DNA of 64,000 nucleotides from Eledone cirrhosa (Eukaryota): contig OZ024740.1 of the NCBI GenBank assembly GCA_964016885.1, forward strand, positions 299,088,001 through 299,152,000, written 5' to 3'. Below the pieces are notes generated by a model. The model did not search any database. It saw only the letters and a list, made by a program, of their open reading frames with translations, and had not been told where the DNA came from. Each line of letters starts with the position of its first letter. Positions within the stretch are counted from its first letter, which is position 1. Of this stretch, positions 12,572 through 27,717 are shown one piece after another. Both the position numbers and the translations under genes were made by a program.

Positions 12572-13751
12572 GTGATATGTGTATATATATATTTATATTT
12601 ATATATATATATATATATATATAATGTGATATGTGTATATATATATTTATATATATATATATATGACCAAAAATTTAACAAGGTTCATTGATTAATCAAT
12701 GAATAAAGTTTTACAATAGATTAGAAGCACTCAACAATGAGGTTTTCTGGAGTTATTAATATTACTTCAAAATATTAATAAATATAGACATTCATGTGAT
12801 CAAATATATTTTATTATACATATTTCAGAGGTAGTGAGCTATTTCATCAGTACGTCCTCATCAGATAAAATAAATTGATGTCTGACATACCTCAACTGTG
12901 CTGATGGTTCAATTCCAGTCTTAGCAGTGATTATTTATGACAAAACTCAATATTTATATACCATAAGTTGTAACATTACAAACTACATATAACTGAGAGG
13001 GTATGTATGAGAACGTGTATAAAAAATATAATAAGTATATATAAAATATATAAAGACAAGCAACAAATATCTAAACCTACAACTACATAACTGTTAAAAA
13101 TTTAAATAATTAAATATGTAAACATCTGTATTAGAGAAGGATCAAATGAGAGAAAGAGAGAGCTAAATGAAGGAGAGTAAGAACAAATATAGAGAGATGA
13201 TACTAAAAACAAAGAGGGGAGATATGTATTGTATATTATAATTACTCAAGGAAAAGAAGAATAAAGGTATGTGATTCATGACCGTTTTTTTTCAAATATT
13301 AAGTTAGGTAGATCTGTACTTAACTTGATTTATAGTATTGAATAAAGTAAAATTTAGTTAAATCAAAATAATAATACTCTTTAGTGTAATTATAACTAAT
13401 AATTAATCTTATATATAATTGACAGATATCGAGTTAAATCATATAGTTTATAAAAGAACTATACAAATGCTAATATCTAAATAAGTCCGGTTTAATAATA
13501 TCATAATTACTATATTTATAAGCACCATTGTTAGTTAATAATATCTTTAATTTTGATTTTTTATAACCAAATTATTGAGTATATTTACTAATTTAAATAT
13601 ACCCATGTTTACCCTTGAAATTATGTCAAAATATCCTTTTTATTTTATATTGTTTTAACTATGATATAATATAATAGTATAACTTCTTTCAAATATTATA
13701 GACTAAAAATTTCAGAACAGCTTAGTACGAGCCTACTGTCTTAGTCTGAAC

Positions 13752-14015
13752 TTGTCATTGCAGTAGCAATCTCCACTTTCAGTGCCACGTGAAAGTGAAG
13801 ACGAGAATGTGTGACAAAAGAGCTTTGACAATGAATAAACAACCAGCCGGTTATTAAACCAACCAACTGGAAATTTGTAATTAATTTGAAGTGAAAACCA
13901 ACAGGTGTGTGCGTTTTTAATGGCAGTGTGACCCTCTCAAAGTATAACGATATCTGTTTCAACCCATGTTTTCAGATATGAAATCTTGCACAACAAATAC
14001 AGAAAAGAAGAATAT
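13752..14015 (+). mobile_element. Older, diverged copy of the hammerhead-bearing non-coding element seen at 27.7 and 53.6 kb
   Basis: Aligns by eye with the reverse complement of 27716-27950 (gaatgtgtgac..ataaacaac..ttgaagtgaaa..tgaccctc.caaagtataac.atatc.gtttcaac..ttttcagata). Ribozyme core decayed. Confidence 0.75.
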
Positions 14016-15917
14016 ATAAATATATATATATATGTACAATAATACAATGAGCTCTTATCTCCTGATGGAGTTATAGGTGTGTCTTTTGGGCTTTTAAATC
14101 AAACTTCGGTTAATACACTTGCTCAGCATCCGTGCGATTCTTCGCAGATTTCTCTGTCCTCATTGTTCTGTCTCCCACAGTAGTTTACCTTATTTTCATA
14201 GTAATTTGCATTGGGAGGATTACATTTCAAATTTCAAATTTTTCCATTTGTTTTAGGTCAACCGGTTGCTTACATTTCTAGCTACATGCTTAAAATCTTC
14301 TAAGAAGCCTGGAATAGTGGCCAACTGTTTTATAGTGTATTGGGTAATGTACTCTCTATTTTTCCGAGAGATGCTAAGTAGTAAAAATTTCGCCTGCACG
14401 GTTAATGTCAATCATCTCTCAAATAATGGTAATTCGACCACTGTACCTTCTTGTAATAAACTCCAGCAGCTACTTATTCAACAGAAACTGTTTTACCTGT
14501 TCTTTAGTATATTACGTTAAAATAGAATTGAGTAATAGTTTTTAACTAAAATCCCATACTTAAAGGGCGATAAATGAATTTAAAACGTGTTATTACTCAC
14601 AGAGAATTCATTTCTAATCTAGACACAAGATTTTTGACAGCTCTCTCCAAATGTATTTAAAGATTGAGAGAAATTTACCAAACACTTTTAAAATTTCTTC
14701 TGTGCCTGCACGTAGGCGCGGCAATAAAAGAAATATGCTTAGTAGACAATCATGTTTGCTGAACGGAGTAGGTGATAATATTATCCCCAAATAATAACTA
14801 CTTGAATTCAGGATCGGATATTCTTTTTTCACTTTCTTATAGAAACATGCTATTTGCTACGTGATTATAAAACGATATATCCAGCAGTATTTTAAATTTC
14901 AAAGGGATTTTTCGCACATTCTTATACACGTTTTCTCGTATTTTCACTACCGTTAATTTCTGAGTTGTTTTTTTTCTTTTCGCTCTAGGTGTTACTTTGT
15001 TCCTTCTTTCTCTCCCTCTCTTTCGTCCTATCTTTTTATCATCACATTGGAAATTGTTAATATTTTTTAAAGAATATAGTCTACAAATGAATAGTATTCC
15101 TAGAGCGCTTAAACTCAATGATATATTTGCTGTCTTTTCACTCCCTCTCTCTTTGTCCACCTTTTTTTCTCGCTATTTCATTTTCTCTCATTCTCTTCAC
15201 TTTTTATCTCATTATTTTTATTTCTCATTTTATTTATAATGTTTCATAATATAAGGTTTTGGATGAATACAATTCTGAATGCCTGAATTTTACGATATTT
15301 TCTCCCTCCCTCTATTCCTTATCACTTAATATATCTCGTTCAATATTTCTATAATAATTATATTAACCCAACACAATGCTAGTATACAGTTATTTATCTA
15401 TTTACTTATTTCATTATACGTTTATTTTGGATCTTGCCACAAATCAAAAGCTTATTTTTAGTGTGTTTTTCTATTATTTATGCTGAATATTCATTCTAAT
15501 GGTTTGGATCTCGGAGTTACGAGTTCAACTCTTTATTACTAATATTGAATACTCCTTTTTCTCCTTCTTGTTTGCAGTTATACATAAACAATCACACTCG
15601 AACAGAAAAACTCATATAGACACATATAATGTATTAAAATGAAAATCCTGAATTAACAGATTATTGTCGCAATCTGAAGAAAAGAACATACTCTGCGGGG
15701 CTTCAAAAATGAAAAAAAAAACAAACAACAATCATGGAAATAATGCTAACAACATCTATTGATTTGGGGGAACAAAAGCAATCAGTGAGGAATGGAAAGC
15801 AATGGACGCGTTTTGATTTTGTTAGACCTTCTCAGCGAAGCAATCGGTATAGAATGATCCAATTTTGATATATAGAGGGAGGGAAAGTTATTACACTAAT
15901 TGCGTATATCAAATAAT

Positions 15918-16138
15918 GGTTTCTAATATAGGCATAAGGCCAGCAATTTTGGGGGAGGGGAAAGTTAATTAAATCGACCCCAGTGCGTAACTGGTACTTT
16001 GTGTTATCGACCCCGTAAGGATGAAAGGCAATGTTAACCTTGGCGGGATTTGAACTCAGATCATAAAGGGCCGTAACTCTGTGCTACAAAGCATGGCGTC
16101 CGACAATTTACCGGTACTGCCAATCCACCGCCCTCCAA
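15918..16138 (-). mobile_element. tRNA-headed SINE (abundant family, long form) with target-site duplication
   Basis: A-box-like TGGCAGTACCGG, B-box GAGTTCAAATCC, conserved GCCTTTCATCCTTACGGGGTCGATAA..AAAGTACCAG block. TSD GTATATCAAATAAT at 15904-15917 and 16139-16152. Confidence 0.85.
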
Positions 16139-16259
16139 GTATATCAAATAATGAGTAATGAAAATGCTTCGTGGAAATGTTGTACATGATGCATATAAGT
16201 ATACAATAGACTCTAATAATGCTTTCTTTATTACAATAGACTCTAATAATGAAATCTTA

Positions 16260-16930
16260 CTACATAGGCTCGACCACTTTATTGTATTGAAGGCCTTTGT
16301 TGATGTCAATCAAGACCATAGACAGAGCTTCGTTTTGTTCGATACATCTCTTCCGAATTGGAAGGAGACAGAACGCTCTAGGAATGTTCTTTCTTTCACT
16401 TCTGATCTTACCTGGAGTTTCATTATTTGATATACGTAATCCGTGTAACAACTGTGATCTTTTCACAGTCTATTGAGTAACACGACCTTCCCAACTGTAG
16501 CAAATAGAGAAATCCCTCGATAGTCCCCGCTTTCACTCCTATTACCTCCCGGGGAATATCGCCAGCCCCATACGATTCCAGTATTAATACCTCTTTTGTA
16601 ATTATATCTACAAGTGGCACATCCCTACGTGAGAAACCTTTACTACCTCAAGTATATCTGGTGTGAGACGTGTCACTTTTTCCAGGGTTTTCTTATTGAC
16701 ATGGCTTGGTATTCTGCAAAATCATCGAATATTTGTCCTTTTATCCTGGAACATTGATCCATCAGCTAATCTGAGACCTGTCTTTATTTCCTTGTCAATC
16801 ATAGAAGCTTGGTATGTAATTGAAATCAGCAGCAGTCTACAGTCTATTGCTTTGTTTCTCCACTACTCCAATTACCTCTTCGACATGTAATTCTGCAGTT
16901 TTCTGGATACTATGAATTTAGCTGAGTTTC
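16260..16930 (-). pseudogene. Decayed RTE-clade reverse transcriptase fragment
   Basis: RKRCIEQNEALSMVLIDINK resembles the RTE EKCxEQNxxLxxxFIDxxKAFD block. Upstream GRSCYSIDCEK..TRI resembles KGDxxxCxNYRGI. Confidence 0.6.
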
Positions 16931-17234
16931 AATGAGTGTTGGGAGCCTAGAAACATTTCTGCTTTGCTTGTTTGTTGCTTTATCGACTCATTACATTCTA
17001 ATTCAAATCCTGCCGAGGTTAGCGTTGCCTTATGGGGTCGATAAAATAGAGTACCAGCAATTCACTGGTGTCGATTTAATCGATTTTCCGCCCCCTTTCA
17101 GAGTTCTGGCCTTTACGTTTAAATCCCACCGAGGCCAACTTTTCTGTTCATCATTGAGATACCGGGACCAATATTTTCTTTTCTCCTAAAATTGTTAACT
17201 TGAGCCTATGTTAGAAAGAATTTTATTGCATCCA

Positions 17235-17539
17235 TCATCATTGTTTTCATGATCGTTAAGATCACGATTATGATGATCGTCATCATCATCATCATCATCA
17301 TCATTTTCACCATCACCATTCATGCCATTGTTATCATACTCATCATGATTATTATCAGCATCATCATCATCACCATCATCATCATTATACTCCTCCTCAT
17401 TATCAACACCCACCCGTTCTGTCAATAGCACCACCACCACCACCACCACCACCATAACGACGACGATGACGACGAGGACGACGACGACCACCACCACCAC
17501 CACCATCACCACCACCACCACCGCCATCCTCCTCCTCCT

Positions 17540-17584
<45 letters not shown>

Positions 17585-17640
17585 AATCACCACCATCATG
17601 ATCATCATCGCGATCATCACGATCATGATCATCATCAAAA
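17235..17640. repeat. Degenerate (CAT/CAC/GAC)n trinucleotide tract
   Basis: Direct reading. Confidence 0.9.
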
Positions 17641-18205
17641 TCACTATTATTCCTAGTTTTGTTTTCCTATTTTGTTGTCAATTTAGCTATTGTTGATAAA
17701 TATAATAGAACTATTATTAATAATAATTTTGTTGAAATCTTAAACGTTCCTTTTCTTCGTTTCCATATTGTATTCCAGTCACATATTTCCGAGGAACAAT
17801 ATTTCAAGATTCTTATCCTCCCACTGAACAAAAGAATAAAAAAAGACTATATATTTTTAACCTATATTTATTTTAATCGACTTTTATTTCTGAATGTCAG
17901 CATTCCATTAGAAAAATAAAACGATGTTGTACTTCTGGTGCGGCTGATAATGATAAAGGCGATATTTTTTTGTATGGTATTAAGATAAGGTCCTTGAAGA
18001 GATAAAAACCAACGTTTATAAAAGGAAATATTCTAAAATTTAACGAATAAAAATAACAATACGCAAACAATAGCTAACTATTGTTCACCACTGTTTCACA
18101 AGATCGTCATAATGTCAATCATTTAATTTTCTGGTATTTGTGTCGCCTGATATTAAATTAAATCTTTGCCGATGAACTCAACTAACGTTATTATGATGAT
18201 GTTTT

Positions 18206-18530
18206 GACGGTGGATTGGCAGTATCGGTAGAGGGTCGGACGCCATGCTTTCCAGCATAGTTACGTCCCTTTACGGTCTGAGTTACGGGGTCGATAAAATA
18301 AAGTACCAGTAATGTACTGGGTTATTGTTGGCCTTGTGCCAAAAGTAGAAACTGTTATTATAATGATGTTTCTACACAGACGAAAGCATTTTTTACGATA
18401 TACAAAAAGGCTAAGGATTTCATCCTTACTTGGTCGATACAATAAAGCACCAGTAATGCACTGCCGTCGATTTAATCGTCTTTCCACTCCCCTTCATATT
18501 GCTGGCCTTGTGCCTAAAGTAGAAACCTTT
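18206..18530 (+). mobile_element. Two adjacent copies (one internally deleted, one partial) of the abundant SINE
   Basis: GGCAGTATCGGTAGAGGGTCGGAC head; GGGGTCGATAAAATAAAGTACCAG; GGCCTTGTGCC.AAAGTAGAAAC tail present twice. Confidence 0.8.
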
Positions 18531-20245
18531 ATTACTATTGTTGTTCTTGTTGATAATTGAGTCCTTTGGGACGTGGTAGAGATCAGCGGATTAAGTTTAT
18601 TGTTTATTTACATTGTTGTCAGAACATATATTGTGAACTGGTTCCTCTACCTGTAGGCCTTAAGCTCTAAATCTGTGTTTCTTTTTCAAAACGCACCACT
18701 CAAATTAAAAATAAATGACATGGTAAATGATAAAATTTCGTACTTTGGAAAGAACAGCCGACTATCCGGAAAATGGAATAGCCAAAGTTTAATTAGTTCA
18801 GAAAGTTGCCACATCAGCAACAGCAACAACAATAACACCACTTCCAACAACAAAACCCACAAACACCCTACAACCAGCACCAGCACCATTACCACCACCA
18901 CCAACAACAACATGAAGCACGCGTCATAAATGAAAAGTGTGGAATTAATTTCGCTGCCACCAACAACTAGAGCAACGAAATAAAACCAATCCAACCAGAA
19001 ACAACACTATTACCACCACCTCCACCACCACCAATACCACCACCACCACCACCACCACTACAGTCGTTATTACCAAAACAACAAAAAGCATTGACACAAA
19101 TAACAGTGACACAAAGAACAACAAAAAACAACACTAACGACAACATGAACAGCAACAACAACAACAAACAAAAAATACACTTGTAAAAACAGCCGCAAAA
19201 GTATTAGAATTTTTAAGCAGGAACATTTTAAAAAAGGACGCATTTTGGGCCCAAACGGCTGAACTTATTAAAGTACAAAAAACATGGAGGACTTAGCAAT
19301 CGTTACCCCGAAATGTTTGTAGCAACAGAAAAATATTTATATACAAATGTGTGTCTACAAAGACGAGACAGCCTGGATTGGTACCGGGAGTGTTTCAGAA
19401 GACCCTGCTTTCTTTCAAGCATGATAGTGGCTTGGTAGATCAAGCTAACCCTTTTGAAAGGATTAAGTTCTCTTATTCAACTTACTCGAAATATATAGAT
19501 TTATGATAGAAGTGCTTCTCGAAAAGCCTAATAAACTAATAAAAGAAGAGAAAACAATTTAGATTTTATAAGATAAGCAAAAAAATGAACAAAACAAACA
19601 CTTCTCATACTTCTCTACACATTGAAGATATCCAGCGGGAATTGTAAACTACATTACTGCTCTTAACTATAATTTTATAAGATTAGATTAAAATTCAATA
19701 TGAAATTCAGCCTCTTTCCGACATATAAGTTTGTACGCTCAAATTCTATTATTTTACAACCTTCCATTTCTTGCCCTAAATGAAGACATCTTGAATATTT
19801 TTCATTTTACTTTTGCATGTTGAATGAGGTGGAGGAGTTGGTGATGATGTTAAAACCCCGGTTTAACATAAGCACTTGGTCTCGGAGTGTATGATAGCGG
19901 ACTTGATTCTGTCACAAGCATTGGGGTAAGATTGTCTATCTATTCTTCGACATTCATTTCCCCTACAAGTATCTCACTAGTCTAGGAAGACAACTATAGT
20001 AACGGCTCTTCAGCCCTTGCATTAAACTATTAACATTTTAATTTGCACCTGCTAAACAGCTTTATATAAACTCTATTATATTTACGTAAAATGGTTAGAT
20101 AAAAATAATCACTAGAATTCAATGTGATCTCTGTTTTTATTTTGTGTACACAGCTCTTTTCTGCCTCAAATAACACGTATGCTCTTTCATATTCCAGTTA
20201 ATTCCTCTTCCTCCTTACTCAATCAACGAGCCGTTTATTTTTCAC

Positions 20246-20393
20246 CTTTCCAGCATAGTTACGTCCCTTTACGATCTGAGTTCAAATCCCGCCGAGGTTG
20301 ACTTTGCCTTTCATCCTTACGGGGTCGATAAAATAAAGTACCAGTAATGCACTGGGTAATTGCTGGCCTTGTGCCTAAAGTAGAAACAATTAT
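20246..20393 (+). mobile_element. 5'-truncated copy of the abundant SINE (short form)
   Basis: Same conserved blocks as the other copies. Confidence 0.85.
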
Positions 20394-21263
20394 CGTAAAC
20401 ATTTTTATGTTCATTTGTATATGCTGACGTAGGTTGGACGGACCTTTTTGATACAATGTATTACGGCTGGATGCCCTTATTCAAACCAACACTTTTAGTT
20501 GCCTCTTTTGACACACACGGATATGGTGTAACTATTGTAAAATCCAGGAGACACAATATGTCACATCTTTAGGAATATGTCACATCGTTAGGAATGAAAC
20601 ATACACTATTAAATCATGTACAATTCATAAATAAAAAATGACAATAATATAGTAATAAGCATTTTGTATACACATTTTGAGAGAGTAAACAGAGGAATAA
20701 TTCAAACAAGTATATTACTGGTACTAGTTTTATTGAATAAATATATGTTATAAACAAAAGTTATAAAATGATGGAAAATATTTTTTAAAAAGGATAAAAA
20801 CAAAATTAAGTAATGAAAATAGACGAAAGGGGTAAAAAGGGCAGATCTGGCTGAATAGGAAAGTAAACGAAAGGACTATAAATGCCATAAATGAGAAGAA
20901 AAGGAAGGAAAGAGGAAGGTCTATAGGGAAAGGGCAAGGAGGAAAGAGGGGACAATGGGAAAGGATGACATAATCTACACCTGGGTTGGGTACCCGATCT
21001 ACGATTGACATATAAATAAAATATGGTATTGGTAGGAGTACGGTCTCGTGCCAACAGGCATGATTAAGGCGTTGAAGATAACTTATTAGTTTAAGCACTT
21101 GGTGATTGAAATTGCTTTCCAAATAAACCAAGGAAGGAAGAATACTACTAAGTGTTCAGTCGATTTGCTCGAAATAATAGCAAAATCTCACTCGTGTATC
21201 ACCTAAAATCCCACTCCCACGAAAGAAAAAATACAGACAGGACACATTAGCTGATGTGGTTTT

Positions 21264-21530
21264 GTGGAGGCACGTGGCCTAGTCGAAAGGGTGTTGAACT
21301 TGCGATCATAATGTCGAGGGTTTGGTTCCTGGGCTGGGTTGTGTGTTGTGTTCCTGAGCAAAGCACTTTATTTCATATTTCTCCAGTATACTCAGTTGAA
21401 AATGAGCAATAGCAATAGTTGGAGATTTAACCATGCTATGGACTAGTGTCGCGTGCAGGGGGGAGGGTCATGTACTCTCAGTCACTTCACGCCACGAAAC
21501 CGGGATGAGCCTCCTGGCTTGAGACAGACT
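21264..21530 (+). mobile_element. Second tRNA-derived SINE family (CORE-like central block)
   Basis: TGGCCTAGTCG A-box-like head and GTTGTGTTCCTGAGCAAAGCACTTTATTTCA block; reverse copy at ~56915-57042. Confidence 0.65.
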
Positions 21531-23299
21531 TAAGAAAGATAAAAGTCTTAGCTGGATTACTTCTGAATAAAAGATAGTATAGAATGTCTCTGGTCTTAAG
21601 TCTGATTGTTTAAGTTTAAAGTTAACACATCAATGACCGGAGAAAACAATTCAGTCCACAGATTTATCAAATACTCCAGAAATGTATTTTAGAATAAAGC
21701 TTTGACAACATATTGAGATTCGAACTCACAAAGCACACAAGAACACACTGACACATTGTTACTGTTAAATCTAGAATAAAGCAATTTATATAATGGATGT
21801 CTAAAGTTAACCGTTAATTCTTCTTTAAATCGAAGTTCATTGAAGCCATACATGATCATTATTTATTTATTTATTTATCATTATTTTTTTTTTTTTACTT
21901 GTTTACTCCGAGATTGACTTTTTTTGCCGACAGAAACGCAGCAACAACGGTGCTACCATTTTTCCAACACAGTATTATGGCACCTTAAAGATCAGCTTTA
22001 TTATTTTTCGTTGTGATCTGAGCAAATACAACATTCTTCATTTGCATCAATAGAGGGCATATAAAAAATGAGAGATAACCCTCTCTAACAACCATCCATT
22101 CCCTGAAAAATAGAATTTTATGAAAGAAAAACAATAAAAACACAAGGAAACCGTACTATTTCGGTTAAAGAAGGATAAAAAAAACAAAACAAAAAAAACA
22201 AAACAAACAAGAAGCGCATACGCACAACAATTCCCCAGAGAATTTGTTGAAGGTAAGAAAAACCAATAAAAATTTAGCAAAATAAAAGAAAGAAGGAAAT
22301 AGATACATAAATAAATAACGAGCAGCAAAGATAAATTAGTATTGAGAAAACCGTTTCAATCATAGTAGCACGGAGATTACTGTAGAATATATAGGTTTTT
22401 ATAGTTAGTTATTCATTCGTCTTATTTTGGGGATGTTTTCTTGTCATTTTTTGAAATAATTTTTTCTCCGTATAATTTGTTTACTACGTTGCTAGGGTAG
22501 ACAGAGTACAAGATTTTGATTAACATCGAAGATATTGAGGAATCTAAAAAGTGTGACCATGAAGTTAAATGAAACGACATTCATTGCTGCCTTACCAAAA
22601 CAATAATAAAGAAAACAGAAATAGAACCCAAAAAACAAAAACAAAACAAAACAAAACAAAACAAAACAAAACACAAAAACAAAAACAAAAACAAAAACAA
22701 AGCGAAAACAAAAATGAATTACATAAAAAATATTAACACTGTCATGTCATCGAAGATTTGGTTGTTAGATTCAATTGCGATATATTTGAGTTATAACAAT
22801 ATTGTGTTTAAATTCTCATCGAGATATTCTTTAGAAGCAATTAAACTATGTGGGATCTCATAATCCTACCATACCTTGGGCCATTAATACTTGATGTAAT
22901 CATAGGGTCGTCATCGTCGTATGTAGCATGCCTGGCTGAATCTATCCCTCTCCATGTCGAATTCTTCTAGAAGAAATGTTCAAGAAAAGAAAAGAAAGAA
23001 AGAGAGAAAGAAGAATAATCGATACTACTACTGGATTAATACTTCATACGTATATCGATCCCGAAAGGTATGAAATACAAACCTGACCTCAGCAAGATTT
23101 CAAGCCATACCTTATAGAGCTGGAACAAATACCACAAGGCATCCTTTTCTCAGTCTTAATCATTTTACCAATGTGCCACCTAGGATTCCATAGACGTAGC
23201 TCATCTTATATAGCGAGTGAAGATGCTGTAAAATATTACACAGCTTCCATATAATTGTATAATCTGTTACTGAATACAATTGTTAAAGTTTATATAACT

Positions 23300-23690
23300 A
23301 TCGGGTCCTAAATAATAGGGGATAGGTGGGGTGTAATAAGCACCTGGGTTGGAAAATCGCTCACTTTTCTAAGCTTTCTCCCTTGACGTTTTTTAAAAAC
23401 CCAATTTAGTCATTTAGTTTACATAATGAGACCCCGACCCATCCTATTTATTTCATAACGTATGGGATTTCTTGTAATGTTCTTTTTTTTTGTCACGTAT
23501 AATGTTTTTTAATGTCTAAGGAAAATTAATTGTCACAAGAATACTACCACTCAAAATACAATTTCGGTGGAGATAGAGTAGCAAAATTTAATAGGCGGGT
23601 GGGATGGAATAAGAGCGGGGGATGCGTATGGAAAAAACCTGAAAATTTAATAAGTGGCGGTATGTGTGGCGATTATTTGAAATATGAATA
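23300..23690 (+). mobile_element. MITE (TA-flanked, Tc1/mariner-pogo-like), decayed copy
   Basis: TCGGGTCCTAAATAATAGGGG terminus; internal sequence shared with 31938-32272 and 40343-40764. Confidence 0.7.
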
Positions 23691-23749
23691 AAAGATCATG
23701 AATAAAAATGATCACTATTTGAAGCAATCCTCACCATATTTTACTTGCA

Positions 23750-24660
23750 GTTTGCATTGCAGGACACCCTATTATCAGCTGTTGATTGGAGATCACAATG
23801 ATTTCGACATATTTTGACAGTACCACTCCTTATCATAGCTACAAGGGAATGTTTGAGGTTTTGGGATCCTCTGCAGCATATTTTTTCTCTCAATCATTTA
23901 TATAGCTACCACATTAAACTGGGTACAACTATTTTGTATTTGTACTCATGGGGACTTGTGCTTTGCTCTTATGTGTGTCTACCATATCCAGGATGAAGCA
24001 TTCTGTTTCCTTCTCTATTACACGAATGACATTTCCGCTGTCCTTTTTAGTTTAATGCTGCCTGGTAGAAGAATTTGGGTCCGGCCATAAATATTTCATT
24101 CTACTAGAAGCATATTATTTCGTAAATCATTCATAATTTAGGCTCTTCTAAAATAGCAAGAAGTACTCCACTCCACCCAGTCTAGAGAAACATTACTATA
24201 ACATTAACCCATAAATCTCACACTCCATCTTTACATTGGATAATGGAGCATGGAGTCAACCATGTCTGAAAAATGGGATTGCCATGGCTAGAATGTCTTT
24301 GAAAATACTTTCGCATGATCAGTGCTAACACACTCAATCCAGTCAACAGGTATATTGTAGCAAACCGAATAGTGACGAAAATGTTGTTAGACTGCATCAT
24401 AAAATAAGTTTTAACCATATAAATGGTTATTGACATTTTAAGAAGTAAAAATATAATACAACTATCTCTGTAAGAAATAAGGATGAGTTTAGAATAATAA
24501 CTTCATACAGATGTCCTATGTTTCTTACACTGGACAACATTTTAGACGTATCAGCCTGAAAGGAAGAAGTTAAAACCTCTTTCCCTTCCTCATAGGATTT
24601 GAGAGAATTGGATTCAGATGCTGAAACGCATGTAATCCAACTCATAACCATTCTCACCGC
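23750..24660 (-). pseudogene. Possible very decayed DNA-transposase relic (piggyBac-like)
   Basis: Weak resemblance only: SNNIFVTIRFATIYLLTGLSVLALIMRK to DNxFTSxxLxxxL..GTxRxN, plus C-terminal RKCHSCNR. Not verifiable by eye. Confidence 0.25.
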
Positions 24661-26280
24661 TTCATTTCCCTGTCCATTATATATTAACTAAAATATTTAA
24701 ATGGAACTTAACATGCAATATTGTAAGCACCGACGAGCAGTGAAAGAAAGTTTAAATTATTAATTATCTTCTCTGTACAAACTATTTTCCTTCACATTAC
24801 GCTTGGGAGAGTGATGAATCTCACAGTTTACTTTAAATTCCACATGCTTTATATTTGTAAATATATTCATGATCTAAAGTTTCATATGGCATTAGTTCGA
24901 CAAGGTTGACTTTATCACGACAGACAATATCTTATTAAATACATTCGTGAACGATAAATAGCCTCATAGAGTTTGAGCTGAAGGAATGGTCAGACGAATC
25001 AATCATTGTTTCATTACATGATAAACTTCTCAGTGTTGTCTCAAAAGATATGCTTTTTAACCCACTTATTTACACCACTTCCTTACGAATTCCCTAAATT
25101 GTTCTATAATTGCAACATATACGTTAGCATATACTGCAAAAAGTTATTTTTATTCGAAATCTTGACGCTATAATTAAAAGGTTTCTTTATATATTTTCTG
25201 ATCTACTGCAAACATTGTCTAATCATCTTTTGACACTTTAAAAGCTTCCAAAATAAATCAGATCGATACTTCCTGCCAAAATATATCTCGGCGAAAGAGT
25301 AGCCTAATTCTTATTCCCAATTAGATAACTAGCTTAACGGTTCTGCAAGCCTTTAGCTTACACTTTAGCTTACATAAATAATATCGCAACATCACGCTTT
25401 TACTTTTACCGCGTCTGAAATGGCTTGACACACGAAGGAAATTAACTCGTATTCTAGTGTGAAGTACTTTAAAATCCAACCTAGCTTAGCACAGAACATG
25501 TCAGTAGTGTCTATTATGGAGAGATTACCAACAAGATTACAAACTGGCACGAATATTTTATTTATTGGCACGTAAGTAAAAGCAAGTATAACATTGTATC
25601 TTTGGGCAAGGTTTTTGACTCTTATTTTCTTTCAGAAAATTCAGAAAAGATCAGAATAGTTAGGTATTCTTAGATAGAAATCCTTCTCTAGTAGTTAAGA
25701 GATTAATCCCTCGCGTACTTAAGTCTCTCTATATCTGCAAATCATAAACTATGATCCTATCAATTATTACAGTCTTGAACTAAAGTTAATAATCCATTGT
25801 GATAATACACAGTATTGTTTATAGTTGCCATCTAAATTTTTATTTTCCTCATCTGTTTAGTATCCATAGGTCCAGTGGAATACTATAAGATATTACAACT
25901 GATACATGTATCATAAAATATATTACCGAACGCAACTTTGTTTTATGTTATATTAATATAAGCAATGGCGCTTCAAGATTTTTATGATAATGCCAGGGTT
26001 TACAGACAAAACACAAAGCTTCCTATTTCGATATTAACTATAAAAGGGTAGCTTAATATATTGCACTAAAACTGTGATTTATAAGCCTGAATTCGTATTG
26101 ACTACTGTATTATAAAGGAAGCATTGTTTTCTTTAAATGTATTGTTATCAATGTCATGCGGTTGTTCTTTCAAGTAATCTATTTACATATTTGTGTATAT
26201 GTTTGTATACATTATATGATGTATATGAGTATGGGTGAACATTTAGGCATAAAACAATATAAACATACATATATGTATGC

Positions 26281-26320
<40 letters not shown>

Positions 26321-26334
26321 CGGGTGTGTGCGTG

Positions 26335-26370
<36 letters not shown>

Positions 26371-26779
26371 CATACGTTGACTGTATATTTACGTATATCA
26401 TTATGTATCATATGTTTGTACTTTTATGTATTTGGCTGCATTTATAAATAATATTTGTATATTTAAATATATAAATGTATATTTACGTATATGATTCTGG
26501 CTATATTTATTCATCCCATTGTATTTTTATTGTTGGTCGCTTGTCATTTCTCACGATGTCTTCTTCATATTCTGAAATAAAACTGTCTTCCCTTTACGAG
26601 ACATAACATCAGATGTAAGGGTTTGAGTGGTATGGGAGTTTGACATATGCGGACACAAGGGCCCATTAATAAGAGATGTATCTGCACCAAAAATAATAAT
26701 TATTGTTATTTTATTCTGTATTAGTATTTGCTGTGTTTGGGTGTATAAATGATCACACGCACATAACAATTCACGCAGA

Positions 26780-27636
26780 CACACATAGATGCATGCACAC
26801 TCATATACACAAATACACATACATACACATATACATACATATACGCACATACACATACATATACACACACACATATATAGACACATATACATACACATAT
26901 ATACACACATATACACATACATACACATACATCCACATATACTGCTCATATAGACATACATACAGATATATACACATATACACACATACACATATACACG
27001 CACATATACACGCACATATACACACATACACATACATACACATATACACACATATACACATATACACATACATACACACATACACACACATACACATATA
27101 AATTCACATATACACAGATACACATATACACGTACATACACATATATACACATATACGAACACATATACACACATACACATATACACAATTATATTCATT
27201 TTTATGTACTCTTTCACTGGATTTATCCAGTGGATTGTGACCAAAATGGGACACCATCTTCAGGGAATTCTAGATGACCATACATATATCAGTCAATAAA
27301 ATATTTTATCGCCCTGTGGCATTACCGATTGGCATTTTCGTACGATATCGATCTTTTTGTCGAAATATATGAAAGGGGGAACGCATTCACAAGCACATAT
27401 ATGCATATATACATGCTCATATACATACATACGCGCATAAATATATATATATATATGTACATACATATATTCATACATACACACATACATACCTACATAC
27501 GTACATATATACATACATAGTACGTACATACATATATATTCACACACACATACATATATACATACATACATTCATACACACACACACACATATATATATA
27601 TATAAATTTATATATATATATGAATATATATATATA

Positions 27637-27715
<79 letters not shown>
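26780..27715. repeat. (CA/TA/CATA)n low-complexity tracts
   Basis: Direct reading; explains the spurious YI/CV/HT ORFs. Confidence 0.9.

Positions 27716-27717
<2 letters not shown>

Noticed and set aside
12828-12893. Minus-strand CTGATGAG...GAAA motif
   Set aside because: No stem II pairing between the core and GAAA; only a loose fold-back hairpin.
14600-14835. Possible second Penelope endonuclease remnant
   Set aside because: Similarity too weak to support by eye.
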